IMG/VR virus record: IMGVR_UViG_3300019370_000055
Span: 1 to 64,000 of that record
DNA length: 64,000 nucleotides
Source: a virus
Taxonomy: Duplodnaviria > Caudoviricetes
Reading direction: 5' to 3' (one strand)
Shown here: piece by piece, positions 9,197 through 20,528 of the stretch
Numbering within the stretch: position 1 is the stretch's first letter
How the letters are laid out: each line of letters begins with the position of its first letter
Translations under genes and position numbers: made by a program
The notes under the pieces: generated by a model
Seen by the model: the letters and a program-made list of their open reading frames with translations, nothing else
Database searches by the model: none
What the model was told of the DNA's origin: nothing

Positions 9197-10005
9197 CCTC
9201 CATAATTCAAAGGAAATTCACATATAAAATCTAAAATGCAATTCCCCTTTACTTCCAATTTGTTCATCCCCTTTTTTAATGGTAGCCAATTAAAATTAAA
9301 ATACCGATACAAGTTAGAATAACTCGTATCAGACGATTCAATCTTTCCAAGTTCATTATCAATAGATATTGTAAGAAAGTGGCTCTGTGGCAATCCAGTA
9401 AATTTCAACTCTATATTGTCACAAGATTTATTTATAATGGAAATTGTATTGCTGCCATTTAGCTGAATGTTCAACTTAGGATAATATAATTTTTGAATAG
9501 TAGATCGACTGATTAGGTTTATAATTGTATTTCCGCTACAAGAATAATGAAATTTTTGGGGAAACATATATCCAAACGGAGAGTCGCAAGTAATTTTAGC
9601 TGAAAAAGCCCAAGGCAACCAAGACAACTGAATCGGAGTTAATTCGCTTATGACACAATGGTATCGAATAACTTCCAAATCTGGTTGCTCTATCTCAAGC
9701 CACTTATATTGTGTAGTTGCTGTTAGCCAATTTGCAATAGCATCCATCTCATAGCGGTCAAGATGTTCATTCATTTTAATGGCAAGAGGATCAAGGCCAA
9801 ACACTAATTTAAATTCTAATGGACTGTTGAACGTCCTGCCATATAAAAAAGTCCGTCCTCTGGACGGAATCACATCAGTTTGCAGTTCACCAGCACTGGC
9901 AAAGGGAGTAGCTTCATTGTCGTTTCCATCAATATCAAAAATACGAAGCCCATATTCTTCACACGGGATACGGTTATAAGAAAACTTTTTTGCAAGAAAA
10001 CCCAT
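9193..10005 (-). CDS. Distal tail protein (Dit)
   Basis: 'ITCDSPFGY' and 'WLPLKKGMNKL' Dit motifs. Confidence 0.8.
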   Translation of the reverse strand: MGFLAKKFSYNRIPCEEYGLRIFDIDGNDNEATPFASAGELQTDVIPSRGRTFLYGRTFNSPLEFKLVFGLDPLAIKMNEHLDRYEMDAIANWLTATTQYKWLEIEQPDLEVIRYHCVISELTPIQLSWLPWAFSAKITCDSPFGYMFPQKFHYSCSGNTIINLISRSTIQKLYYPKLNIQLNGSNTISIINKSCDNIELKFTGLPQSHFLTISIDNELGKIESSDTSYSNLYRYFNFNWLPLKKGMNKLEVKGNCILDFICEFPLNYGG

Positions 10006-10028
10006 CTACTCACCTCGCTTTCATATTA

Positions 10029-10232
10029 TTAGGGCTTTTCTTCATCCTTCTGACTTGGAGGCGTAATATTACATTTAACCAAAAAAGCTAATGTCTCCTG
10101 CAAAATTGTAAAACATGCTGCAAGATTTCCCGCATTCTGCGCACCAGATACAGCAATACCACCATCTAAAGTTTTACAAACCGCATCAATGCGCTGCAAT
10201 ACATCATTTTTATCCTTAATATTTGTATCCAT
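10029..10232 (-). CDS. Small hypothetical protein
   Basis: ORF track; AAGGAG RBS. Confidence 0.6.
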   Translation of the reverse strand: MDTNIKDKNDVLQRIDAVCKTLDGGIAVSGAQNAGNLAACFTILQETLAFLVKCNITPPSQKDEEKP

Positions 10233-10249
10233 ATAAATCTCCTTTTCAA

Positions 10250-10897
10250 CTAAATCATATTGTTTAAGCAGTTAGCCAATGTCGTAAAATACCAGCCATA
10301 AACTGTATCGCCACGGCTTACAGTATTAATTCCCGTTGAATAGTGCAAGCCAATATTAAAGCGAAGTGAATTAAATCTTGTAGCTGTTAAGACCTTATCC
10401 CTCGAACTCATTAAAGTAGATGAATATGAAGCAAAGTTATTACTCCATCCCCATCCTTTTGCATCAACAATCTCTTTCACTTTATTAACCATATCATTCC
10501 ACACTAAATATGAAAAACTACTTAACTTACCATTACTTCTAATGGCAGAATAAGCAGCACTTGTTTGTGAAGCTGACGCTTCTCCGTTTGATCGTGACCA
10601 CGACCACGGCTCAATAGAGGGAGAATCCGTTTCAGCGGTCGTATCTAATTCAACTACTTTTGTCCATCCGGGGGCAGTAATAGATACAGAAATGTCATAT
10701 GTAGTTCCAGCTTTTAAACCAGAAAAGGTATATGTTCCTCCAGAAGAAACTTTCCCACCAAGGGTAGACGTACCATTTCTTCTTCCATTTAAGTACCATG
10801 TACATACTCGATCTGAACGTTCATATGTTGTGTCAAGTCCTCTTATTTGGACTCTGATAGAAGTTTCCGTTGTTGAAAGAATTGCTATGTAGGCCAT
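10250..10897 (-). CDS. FN3-domain tail protein
   Basis: 'YTFSGLKAGTTYDISVS' FN3 signature. Confidence 0.7.
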   Translation of the reverse strand: MAYIAILSTTETSIRVQIRGLDTTYERSDRVCTWYLNGRRNGTSTLGGKVSSGGTYTFSGLKAGTTYDISVSITAPGWTKVVELDTTAETDSPSIEPWSWSRSNGEASASQTSAAYSAIRSNGKLSSFSYLVWNDMVNKVKEIVDAKGWGWSNNFASYSSTLMSSRDKVLTATRFNSLRFNIGLHYSTGINTVSRGDTVYGWYFTTLANCLNNMI

Positions 10898-10908
10898 ATC
10901 TCACTCCC

Positions 10909-13900
10909 TTATCCAAATGTTGCTGAAATTCCTGTTACTGTAGCTCCTGAAAAATCACAATATCCAGTAAATGAGGTTCGATTAAATCCCCAATAAGCAT
11001 ATGCTCCTGCTGGACTCCAAAACTCTATTTCAGGACTAAAGCCAGTATCAGCATAACCAATATTCAACATATGATAAAGCGTATTGCCAAAATATCCATA
11101 CATGCTGTACCCACCTGTCCATCGGTTTGAATAATTGTTTTTTGGTTTCACAACAAATTCATCCGCATAAATAGTTGGACTATAAATTTCAGTTCCATTA
11201 ATAAACGTACCATTATTAAACTCGCCATTTGCTATTCTACGTGCAAGTCTTTCGGCTTCATACGCATCATCTGCGGCATCATAGGCTGCATCAAGAGCCT
11301 CATTTGCGGCATCATAGGCCCCATTAATTGTATTAGTAACAGAAGAACTCAAGTTTGCCCAAGTAATAGAACCATTTTTCAATGTCAAATTACCTTGCAT
11401 ACTAACATTCCCGTTCTGATCAACATAAAAGTTGTACCCATTATTTGCATACCTGTTAGGCCCAACACGAATACCAATACCTTCTATCCATCCACCTCCA
11501 GCCGCAGCAGACAATACCCCACTAACCCTTGCCGCACTTAACACACCGCTAAACGTACCATCAGTAGCTTTTATTGATCCATCTTTTTTTACCCAAAACT
11601 TTGCGTTCGCTGGATTCTCTGCTCCAGCCCAAAAAGCATATTGAGAGTAATAACTTGTACCACCATTCAATGCTACTCGATTAGACCCGCTGCCTGAATA
11701 TAAATAGCTGGATGCAATTTCCCAACCGCCAATAGAGCCAGACGTAGCAAGAATTTTTCCCTTAAAATAGGCGTTCCCTTTCATATCAAGCCAGAAATTA
11801 GCGTTTGGTTGATCTCCAGATACTAAATCATTAATAGAAGTGATGCTGCGATTTCCAGTCGTTCTTACTCCTGTTGGCTGACCTTTAGAGTTATAATAGA
11901 ATAAGGTGTTTTTATTTGCACCAGCTACAATGCCAAAGATTGCTCCAAGGTCAATGCGACCACCAGAACTACCATAAAGATTAAAAGAAGCATTATGCAA
12001 CGAAGCACCTTCAGCATCCACTTTGAATACTGCTACACCACCATCTGTTTTTTCACTTTCAATGACAAGCTGAGAACCAGCAAGAATTGTCCCTACAATC
12101 GCAGGAGCAATAATGCCAAACATTGAACCTAAGTTCTTATCAATAAATTCTCCAATACCAATAGTTGCAGTATTCCAGCCATCTTTTGTGAACATCAAAG
12201 CATTATGAGCCATCCAAATCTGTTCAGGTTCATAATCGCCACTGGTTTCGTTATACTTCCTACATCGTAATCCAGCCGGATCAATAGTAATTTGTTCATG
12301 ATCTCCCGATAAAATACGATTTTTCATAGTGTCAATCGCATTTGTCATAAAATCTTTAACTTGTGTTTTTGCACCGCTGTTTACAAAGTTACTATAGTTA
12401 TACTGGTTAAAATCAAGCGTACTTCCCATTGAAATGCTTTCTTTCAACAAATCCTCTAATGTAGCTTCATTCAATGAAAAAGCATCACCAAAGTCAATCT
12501 GAAAGTCAGATGGATTATCGAAATCAATGGAAACAGCAACTACAATCGGAGACAATACACCTTGGTCAGTATGCAAATAAATTTTCTCGCCTAATTCAAG
12601 TTCTTTTGCAAATTGGGAAAAATATTCTAAGGCCAGAAAATTAATACTGGACACTGAAAAACTATGTGTTGGAGACGATAACCGCTGAAGGCATTCAACG
12701 CCATACTCAAACAATTCCCATTCAACGGACATTTTCTGATATTCAGTCACTTCTTGTGTTAAATATAAAGTCGAAGATGTTGTCTTGAATTGCAAGGTAT
12801 TAGTTGAACTTGTTGCATTTGCACTCAAATTCCCTGTCATTGCAATAGTGCCTCCGGGGAATGATTTGCCGTTTAACTTTCCGTTCTCCAAATATAACGA
12901 TAATACGAATGACAAATCACGATTTACCTGTAATGTTCCATGAACAATTTTCGAATCAATAGTTACATTGGAATTATTTGTGTTAATTGAACCGCCACGA
13001 ACAATGTAAAATGTAATATCGTCCCCATAAGGTGTCTTGGTAACAGAGGTGGCATTTACAATGTTGAAAATTGCAGACAAGCCACGGATAGTCTCAGTGT
13101 CAACCGCATAAGAGTCTACAGATGTTGCCACAAAATTGCTATCAGTTAATGATCCACAACGAAAATAACGATCCAAGATAATCAATTCGTCTTGTGTAAA
13201 GAAAGACGAAAAAGAAGTTCTCTCATTAATAGTTTTCAATTCACGTTTGAAACTATCAATTTTGTTTTGTACACTCTGCAACAAGTTTTCTTGTTGCTTG
13301 ATTTCAGACTCCTTGGAACGAATCTGACTATTCACCTTATTTAAATCCGACTGTAATGCCTTATCAACAGCTATGGCCTGAATGATAACCGCTTTTTTAG
13401 ATTCTAAAGCGGTCAGTTCACCCTTTAAATCTGCCAGCACTCCATCTTCAGTTGTGTAACGACTTATCTGCATATTTTGGGCGATAACTAATTGATAATA
13501 TGGCTCTTGATAACTTTTAAAGGTATCTTTCCATTTGTTCCAGCTCGTTATCATTTTATCAGAAAAGTAACTGCTGTTCATATACGCATCAAGGTTATAA
13601 ATACGGTTTGTTCCCATTGGATTAACGCTTCTTATTGATACCCCATCTGCTCCATTTACATCCAAAACTGTAACTAAATCATCTGTACTCTCTTTTATCT
13701 CAATTTCCTTGATGAGATTGCTGGTTGAAAGATACACTGGCTTTACATTTACTATATCATTAATACTGCGAACATTAATCTTACGTTTATATGTATCAAA
13801 CTCAAAAATACACCCGTATGTCTTTTGTAGGTCCGACTTCATCCAATCATAGATGTTTTTCCCATCTGTACTGAATGTTCTATATTTCCCAATCAAATCA

Positions 13901-14367
13901 TCCGAAACCGATCCAACACTCCATGACTTAACTTCTGATAGAATAATCCCAAGTACAGTGCTGTCAGGAGAAAACGGATTCCAGAAATTATAGGTTCCTT
14001 CTTCCAAAGAGATCGTTTTATTTGTAAACTCGTATTCTAAAGAGTAACCTGTACATTTCTTTTTCTTAGTTACACCATCATATGTCTCTTCAGGATTTCT
14101 TAAAATAAACTGCCCATAGCCTTTTACATCAACAATCCGCATTCCTGTTAAGAGGTCATATTCTGGTAAAATTTCGCCATTCATCCACGCAGGATATTCA
14201 AAATTAATTTCAGATACATCATTATAGCAAAACTTTCCTGATGGATTTAAAATATTGGTTAAGAATCCAATCGCCATGTCATCTAAATTACGTAAAATAA
14301 ATTTAGGCCGTTGTTCTAAAGAAATTTTTGAAAAATCAATTACCACAAATAAGCCCTCCCTTCCCAA
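10909..14367 (-). CDS. Tal-like tail spike/baseplate hub (prophage tail endopeptidase-like N-terminus, coiled coil, beta-rich C-terminus)
   Basis: 1152 aa directly after the tape measure; 'FEFDTYKRKINV', 'SIRSVNPMG', 'ATSGSIGGW'. True start probably GTG near 14346. Confidence 0.8.
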   Translation of the reverse strand: MGREGLFVVIDFSKISLEQRPKFILRNLDDMAIGFLTNILNPSGKFCYNDVSEINFEYPAWMNGEILPEYDLLTGMRIVDVKGYGQFILRNPEETYDGVTKKKKCTGYSLEYEFTNKTISLEEGTYNFWNPFSPDSTVLGIILSEVKSWSVGSVSDDLIGKYRTFSTDGKNIYDWMKSDLQKTYGCIFEFDTYKRKINVRSINDIVNVKPVYLSTSNLIKEIEIKESTDDLVTVLDVNGADGVSIRSVNPMGTNRIYNLDAYMNSSYFSDKMITSWNKWKDTFKSYQEPYYQLVIAQNMQISRYTTEDGVLADLKGELTALESKKAVIIQAIAVDKALQSDLNKVNSQIRSKESEIKQQENLLQSVQNKIDSFKRELKTINERTSFSSFFTQDELIILDRYFRCGSLTDSNFVATSVDSYAVDTETIRGLSAIFNIVNATSVTKTPYGDDITFYIVRGGSINTNNSNVTIDSKIVHGTLQVNRDLSFVLSLYLENGKLNGKSFPGGTIAMTGNLSANATSSTNTLQFKTTSSTLYLTQEVTEYQKMSVEWELFEYGVECLQRLSSPTHSFSVSSINFLALEYFSQFAKELELGEKIYLHTDQGVLSPIVVAVSIDFDNPSDFQIDFGDAFSLNEATLEDLLKESISMGSTLDFNQYNYSNFVNSGAKTQVKDFMTNAIDTMKNRILSGDHEQITIDPAGLRCRKYNETSGDYEPEQIWMAHNALMFTKDGWNTATIGIGEFIDKNLGSMFGIIAPAIVGTILAGSQLVIESEKTDGGVAVFKVDAEGASLHNASFNLYGSSGGRIDLGAIFGIVAGANKNTLFYYNSKGQPTGVRTTGNRSITSINDLVSGDQPNANFWLDMKGNAYFKGKILATSGSIGGWEIASSYLYSGSGSNRVALNGGTSYYSQYAFWAGAENPANAKFWVKKDGSIKATDGTFSGVLSAARVSGVLSAAAGGGWIEGIGIRVGPNRYANNGYNFYVDQNGNVSMQGNLTLKNGSITWANLSSSVTNTINGAYDAANEALDAAYDAADDAYEAERLARRIANGEFNNGTFINGTEIYSPTIYADEFVVKPKNNYSNRWTGGYSMYGYFGNTLYHMLNIGYADTGFSPEIEFWSPAGAYAYWGFNRTSFTGYCDFSGATVTGISATFG

Positions 14368-14395
14368 GATTGAAGGGGAGGATTTACCTCCCCCT

Positions 14396-17300
14396 TTACG
14401 GTTTCAATGTCGTGCCAAGGCTCTTATGTCCCCGCTTTATAAAGCTGTCAGTGATTTGCTGGATCGTACTTTGACTAATTTTCCTTGTCAACTGCTTAAT
14501 CTCCGCATCATCCATCTTTTGTGCTGGATAGATTTGTACTGGAACATCAATATTAAAAGTGTCACCGCCCTGTCTTACAACCGCTTGTGCCTGTTTCGCA
14601 TCCTGCTTAATTTGTTCTTGCATTTTAAGTTCTGCTAAATCAGAGCCAGAAAACGAATTGAAAAGTTTCCCGTACTTACCTAACAGCGTTTCCGCAAAAT
14701 CAAGTGTACGATATAAAGGTTCTTGCTGTTTTTCGGTAATAACAGCCTCACCCTTCTCCAGCTTTGCGAAGATTTCTTTCTGCTTTAGAGTAGGCTCATC
14801 CCCAACAATGCCGCCAGTATGATATACACTATAAGGATAAGTCTCATACAGCTTCGGCCCACCAACTCGATCCAGATACCAAACACCATCATCACCACGT
14901 ACAGCGGTACGACCAATCAGCGAAGTCAACTGCTTACCTAAATCAAGGTTTGCTTTATTCAGTCTGGCTTTGCCAGCAGCATCCGCACTATGATGTGCCG
15001 CCGAGTTTTCTTTCATCTGGTGAACAATATTTTTCACTTGCCCCAAAGTCTGGCTTCCACTGGTGTCATAGTTTCCAGTAGCACCAATCGCAGAGCCGCC
15101 TTGAGGTTTCCCGCCAGAAGAACCGCCGACTACATTAGAACCAGAACTTGACTCATATGATGCAATCTGCCGTTGTGTCTCCAGAATAGCATTTAAATAA
15201 CTGCCATACTGTTGAACCGCTGCGCTTGCTGCATCCCATGCTTTGGTGATTTCATCGTTAGTAACAGAGCCATATTCATAGTTCCAGTTAATCAAATCCT
15301 GATATAACGTGTTCCAATGATTATTAATCCGATCAATGGCAAGCTGATACAGCTTTTCTTCAGAAGAAATTGTATTCTCCAGAATGTCAATTTCTTTCTG
15401 CTTTTCCTTTTCATAAGAATCAGCCATATCATCAAGCATATCGCTGGTAGCGTCATAGGCATGATCTGATTGATAATCCGCAAGGTCATTAATCTTTTCA
15501 GAAAGTTCCTCTTGCAGTTTGGCCTTTTTCACCGCTGCTTCACGACTATCATCCAAGTCAAGCGCATGAATTTGTTTCTGTAAATCCGCAATTTCTTTCT
15601 GCTTGTCTGAAACAGTCTTTGTATAATTATCTTTTTCCTTTTCCAGTTCAAGCGACTTCTTTTGTAAATCTACGATTTCCTTATATGCGTCAACCTGATC
15701 CTCCAGAGCCTTAACCTGATTCTTGACTTCCTGTTTAATCATTTCTTCAACGTATTTAAGCAAGTCCTCAAGTGCGCTGGCCTGATCCTCGACAGCCTTC
15801 TTTGCCGCCCCATCAACCTTACCAATACTGGTAATAGCAACGTCCGACAGAGAACGCAAAGCATTAATGCGGTTCAAAGCGTTATTGTACTGTTGCTGAT
15901 CCAGCCCTAACAACTGCAACTGCGCATATACCAAATCCCAAGTAGAACTTGAGGCCGCATTTGTTGCTGTAGTAAGATTCATAAGTGCTACAACATCATT
16001 ATCAGCCAATGCCTGTCTAAGTTGCTGAACATAGTTTAATGCTGTTTCAATCGCCATCTGCTGTGTACGAGCAGCGATTACCTTTTGAATGTTTTCCTCA
16101 TTGATAACCAACATCCCATTTTCATCTTGCAAATAGGCCAGATTCTCAACACCAAGTTTAGCAATCTCTTGGAAAGTAGAGACTGTTATATAACCACTTT
16201 CAGAAAATTCCTTTGCCGCATCTTTAAGAGTATCATACAGGCCAGTAATTTGATCCAGAGCATCATGAGCATTATCAACTACCTGTTGCCAAGCATCGGC
16301 AGATACAGTCTTGATTTCATCATAGTAATCCCACCACAAGTCCTCCAGCTTTGTAATTTCATCGCTGGTATCTGCATATCCGAGAGAACGATAATATTCC
16401 GCTTCTTGACGAACCGCCTCTTGCATAGCCCGATAATGGTCAACAATCTCGCCTGTGTTTCGAGTAATCTCGCCACGGTCATTTGATTCAATCGCATGAT
16501 TAAGCAGATTTTCATTCTTTGTAATTGCATTTTCATGTTCTTTAGCCGTATTTTCATAAATGGCAATATTAGCTTCTTGAATCTTGTATGCTAACTCCAC
16601 CCAAGAATCAGAATTTTCCTGATTAGCTTTATTAAGTTCCCCTAATGTATTAATCAGACTTTCCGTATCTTTCCGAAGTGCATTTGTAGCTTCTTGCAAA
16701 GAGCCATATTTGCCTTTACTATCTGCGGTTAATTCATTTAAATGCTCCAGATTCTTAACAAAGAAATTATTCTTGTCAGGATCATACTCAACATCAAATC
16801 CAAGCTGGCGAAGTGATTCAGTACCATCTTTAATAGTTTGATCACGTAATTCATTCAAATCATGAAGCGCATCTTGTTCCTCTTTGTAAACACCAATTAA
16901 TTCTTGCTGAAGTTCAATTTGTGTTCTTAGATCATTGGTATTTAAAAGTTGAGTTTCTAAGTCGCTTTTCTTAATTTGAACACGGTTAAGCCGCTCGATT
17001 GCTTCACGGTAATCATCAATAGCAGCAATATATTCTTCAATCTCTTTTGTTGAGGAACCAGAGCCGCTTTTAAAATTCTTGAGTGGTGCATTTTTTAATG
17101 CTTGCAAAGCCGCAATCTGACCATCAATTTGAGAAATGGCCTTCTGATAAGAAGATATATCAAGTTCAACCTGAGATACAAAATCTTCTAAGGACGCACC
17201 CTTAAAATCAAAATCAAAGTCAAACCCATTAAATTCGCCAGAAGTAATATTTGTCTTAATTTTGTCACGTAATTTTCCACCAAAAGAGCCAGCAAATTTT

Positions 17301-19918
17301 GTTACAGAACCTTTAACTACACCATTTGCCATACCCTCAATCGCTTTGGCACTTTCATGGGCTTGTTTTGCCACAGAAGCAATATCGGTCTTGGCTCTTT
17401 CCATATTCTCATAGATGCCCATAGCGGCATTATAAGCTGCTGCATTAAAATTACCATCTACATCAGTACAAACATCTCTTGCAACACGATCAAATTCCTC
17501 TGCATTCAAGGCCATTGATTGTGCCGCTAACTTATACGCCTCGGCTTCATCAATACCATTATCAATTAATGCCTGAACCATTTCATTAGATGCTTTAATA
17601 CGATACTCTGCAACCTCTTTTGCTACCTGACCTTCACCTTCACCAACATTTTTTGCCAGTTCAAGTTGTGCCTGTGCCGCTTGCATCTTTGCTTCAAGAA
17701 CAGTCTTATCAGCTTGAAGTTCTGCGATTTGTGTATCAATTTGAGTATCTAATTCTTTCTTTTTGCTCGTTAAGAAACTATTTACAACTTCTTTATTTAA
17801 GGCAATTTGCCCATTAGATGACACTTGGGCATTATTAAGAATCTCTGGATATACTTTTGCAAATTCTAACGCCTTGTCCAAGGACATAGTAAAACCGTTT
17901 GCTACTTGAGCCTGTAAATCTGCAAGTGTCTGGAATGAATCAGAAACAGAATCAATCGTATTTGCTATATTAATGAAATTATTAAGAGCGGAGGCATAAG
18001 CATTTGTGTCACCAGTAATGCTCCCATATAAACTGCTATAAAGTGTTAATTTCGCTTGATTTGCAGCAATGGCCTCTGTGTTTGCATTTATCTCATCTGT
18101 TGTATCTTTGATTTTTTTATCCCAAGCCGCTATTGATGAAGTATCACCAATACTCATACTCTTATTGGTACGATACATTTCTAAACTTTGAGCCAGAACT
18201 TCATTTCTTTCTTCTAAAGAACTAATCTCTTTTTGAATTTCATCTATATCGCCCAACATTTTAGTATTGGCATTTTCTTTCCACGCCTCAGTATTGAGTT
18301 TAATTACACCATTTTCTTCATACAGATAATCAAGGTAATTAGCTTCGGCCTCTGCCAAATCAGCAATCGTATCAGGTGATAACCCACCCCCACCAGCCAT
18401 TTCTTCTTGCGCCGTTGCCAGAACATCATAAGCAGACTGCAAATCAGACAACGTTTCTGTAAGATCAGAAAGTTGAGCAGAATAGCGGCCTGTGGATTCA
18501 GCATTACTATCGGTTTCGACTTTTAATGCGTTATAATGACTTGCCAATTCATATGCTGTATAACCAGAATCCTCCATCCACTTTGCAAGTTCTTGATACT
18601 GACCAGCTAATTCATTAATTCTCTCTGCTGTTAAACCACCCTCAGACCCCTCGCTATTTAATACGTCCTTCAAATCATTAGGAAGTTTTTCAAGTAAAGA
18701 TGTAAAATGTTCTGCTGGGTTGATACAAGCATCAATCGCATCAGCAAGGTTATTCCAATTCTTAACATCATCGCCATCACCAACAAAATTATCAATATAA
18801 TCGTTTTGCAAAGTTTGACTAAGTGAAAGCAACTCGCTTCGGATTGAAGCCATTTCTGCAATTTGACTATCGGTTGCATTTTGACCTAAACCTTCTAATT
18901 CCTTATATCTTGCAATCAGTTGGTCAACATAATCATCAAATCCAAGTTGTTCTGGATATTGTAATTTATTATTGCCCTCTAACATCAAATTCTGATATTC
19001 AGAATAAAGATTTATTAGTCTCTCTTGTTCCTCTTCACTGAACTTATCCCAATTTTCAGACCAACCATTATGCCATTCTTCTAATGCTTTAAAACCTTCT
19101 GCATTATTCGCTCGAATAGCATCTGCATCAAACAGCATATACATTCCGGCATTAGAATTATAATATTCGTTATTATAATCTTTAACCAAACTCTTATTAG
19201 ATTTATCTGCTGCCTCTTGAGCAGCTTCATTCTTTAACCGAATTTGACGTTCTAATTGTGCATTGGTTTCTAACAGACGATCCAGTTCCTCTTGTTCAAC
19301 GAGAGTTATTCTACCTTCATCAGATAATTTTTGAAGTTCAGCAATACGATCTTTTGTTGTCTTTAATTCGGAGTTTAGTCCATCAAGTTCACTTGCTAAA
19401 TCATCATATTCTTGCTTCAGTTCTTCAGTTGTCTTGTGAAATTTATTGAACAGATTAATTGCCATTGGAACTATTGCGATTAAGAGAGAAATCGCAGTTA
19501 CAGCAATCATAAAAGGATTTGCTGCCATAACAGCAGTTAATCCACTCATAGCCGCAGACAGACCGCCTGTAGCAGCGGTAGCAGCGGTTTCAGCGGCAGT
19601 AAAAGTTGTAGCTGCTACCGCATCTTTTATTTGCGCCTTTTCAAATCCAGCAGCACTCATTGCAGCCATCGTTGCTTGTTCAGAAAATTGCAATGTTGCC
19701 ATTGTTGCGGCTGTTTGTGTAGCCGTAAAACCAGATGCCTTTAAGGACGAAGCAACTTGTTCTGCACTAAGACCACTTAAACTAACAGTTGCGGCTATTT
19801 GTGCCTCATTTAATCCTTGTAACGATAAGTTCAAAGAATCAAATGTTGCTTTTGATATACTTCCACTAACAGCAATTTCTTTTAATATAGCAGAAACATT
19901 ACCTATGGATTTAAGTGA
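14396..19918 (-). CDS. Tape measure protein, exon 2 (annotated alone as a 1841-aa ORF from 19921)
   Basis: Long helical/coiled-coil ORF with hydrophobic 'AANPFMIAVTAISLLIAIV' and C-terminal 'YHTGGIVG'. No Shine-Dalgarno before its ATG. Confidence 0.85.
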   Translation of the reverse strand, partial: SLKSIGNVSAILKEIAVSGSISKATFDSLNLSLQGLNEAQIAATVSLSGLSAEQVASSLKASGFTATQTAATMATLQFSEQATMAAMSAAGFEKAQIKDAVAATTFTAAETAATAATGGLSAAMSGLTAVMAANPFMIAVTAISLLIAIVPMAINLFNKFHKTTEELKQEYDDLASELDGLNSELKTTKDRIAELQKLSDEGRITLVEQEELDRLLETNAQLERQIRLKNEAAQEAADKSNKSLVKDYNNEYYNSNAGMYMLFDADAIRANNAEGFKALEEWHNGWSENWDKFSEEEQERLINLYSEYQNLMLEGNNKLQYPEQLGFDDYVDQLIARYKELEGLGQNATDSQIAEMASIRSELLSLSQTLQNDYIDNFVGDGDDVKNWNNLADAIDACINPAEHFTSLLEKLPNDLKDVLNSEGSEGGLTAERINELAGQYQELAKWMEDSGYTAYELASHYNALKVETDSNAESTGRYSAQLSDLTETLSDLQSAYDVLATAQEEMAGGGGLSPDTIADLAEAEANYLDYLYEENGVIKLNTEAWKENANTKMLGDIDEIQKEISSLEERNEVLAQSLEMYRTNKSMSIGDTSSIAAWDKKIKDTTDEINANTEAIAANQAKLTLYSSLYGSITGDTNAYASALNNFINIANTIDSVSDSFQTLADLQAQVANGFTMSLDKALEFAKVYPEILNNAQVSSNGQIALNKEVVNSFLTSKKKELDTQIDTQIAELQADKTVLEAKMQAAQAQLELAKNVGEGEGQVAKEVAEYRIKASNEMVQALIDNGIDEAEAYKLAAQSMALNAEEFDRVARDVCTDVDGNFNAAAYNAAMGIYENMERAKTDIASVAKQAHESAKAIEGMANGVVKGSVTKFAGSFGGKLRDKIKTNITSGEFNGFDFDFDFKGASLEDFVSQVELDISSYQKAISQIDGQIAALQALKNAPLKNFKSGSGSSTKEIEEYIAAIDDYREAIERLNRVQIKKSDLETQLLNTNDLRTQIELQQELIGVYKEEQDALHDLNELRDQTIKDGTESLRQLGFDVEYDPDKNNFFVKNLEHLNELTADSKGKYGSLQEATNALRKDTESLINTLGELNKANQENSDSWVELAYKIQEANIAIYENTAKEHENAITKNENLLNHAIESNDRGEITRNTGEIVDHYRAMQEAVRQEAEYYRSLGYADTSDEITKLEDLWWDYYDEIKTVSADAWQQVVDNAHDALDQITGLYDTLKDAAKEFSESGYITVSTFQEIAKLGVENLAYLQDENGMLVINEENIQKVIAARTQQMAIETALNYVQQLRQALADNDVVALMNLTTATNAASSSTWDLVYAQLQLLGLDQQQYNNALNRINALRSLSDVAITSIGKVDGAAKKAVEDQASALEDLLKYVEEMIKQEVKNQVKALEDQVDAYKEIVDLQKKSLELEKEKDNYTKTVSDKQKEIADLQKQIHALDLDDSREAAVKKAKLQEELSEKINDLADYQSDHAYDATSDMLDDMADSYEKEKQKEIDILENTISSEEKLYQLAIDRINNHWNTLYQDLINWNYEYGSVTNDEITKAWDAASAAVQQYGSYLNAILETQRQIASYESSSGSNVVGGSSGGKPQGGSAIGATGNYDTSGSQTLGQVKNIVHQMKENSAAHHSADAAGKARLNKANLDLGKQLTSLIGRTAVRGDDGVWYLDRVGGPKLYETYPYSVYHTGGIVGDEPTLKQKEIFAKLEKGEAVITEKQQEPLYRTLDFAETLLGKYGKLFNSFSGSDLAELKMQEQIKQDAKQAQAVVRQGGDTFNIDVPVQIYPAQKMDDAEIKQLTRKISQSTIQQITDSFIKRGHKSLGTTLKP

Positions 19919-19936
19919 CATTTCAATAAAATACTC

Positions 19937-19964
19937 TTGCTTCTTAATGGGAATATGTTATAAT
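19937..19964 (+). promoter_or_regulatory. sigmaA promoter of the intron cargo gene
   Basis: TTGCTT-16 bp-TATAAT with extended -10 (TGnTATAAT). Confidence 0.7.
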
Positions 19965-20000
19965 ATGGTTGAATTAAATTAATTGTTGGAGGATGATATA

Positions 20001-20528
20001 ATGTCGCTCATTAAATGTCCAGAATGCAACAAAGAAATTAGCGATAAATCAGAAGTTTGCATACATTGTGGATTTCCAATTAAAGCCCAATCAGAATTGT
20101 TAAAACCGCATACGTGTAATATAAATGGCAAAATTATTGATTTTTCAAACGTTTATAATGCAATTCCAATATCAAGAGATGACTATTTAAAGTTAGATAT
20201 TTATGATCAATTTAAATATAGTAAGCAAGTTGTACAAAATATCCAATCTACGATTTCTATAAATAGCCTTGCTGCTAATTATCTTGCTGAACAAATTCTT
20301 GAAACAGGAGAAATACCTAAAGAATTTGATGCAATTAAATATGAAGCACAGGACAATCAAAATAAAATTGATAGGCAAAATATCATGCAAATTCATTGTC
20401 CTCGTTGTGGTTCCACTTCTATCACCACAGGAGCCAGAGGTGTAAACTGGACGCTGGGCTTGATTGGAGCCAGCAAAACAGTCAACCGTTGTGCCAAATG
20501 TGGACATACATGGACTCCACATAAGTAA
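20001..20528 (+). CDS. Double zinc-ribbon protein, antisense cargo inside the intron
   Basis: GGAGG at 19988-19992, then ATG 20001. CPECNK...CIHCG at the N-terminus and CPRCGS...CAKCG at the C-terminus. No GIY-YIG, LAGLIDADG or clear HNH motif. Confidence 0.85.
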   Translation: MSLIKCPECNKEISDKSEVCIHCGFPIKAQSELLKPHTCNINGKIIDFSNVYNAIPISRDDYLKLDIYDQFKYSKQVVQNIQSTISINSLAANYLAEQILETGEIPKEFDAIKYEAQDNQNKIDRQNIMQIHCPRCGSTSITTGARGVNWTLGLIGASKTVNRCAKCGHTWTPHK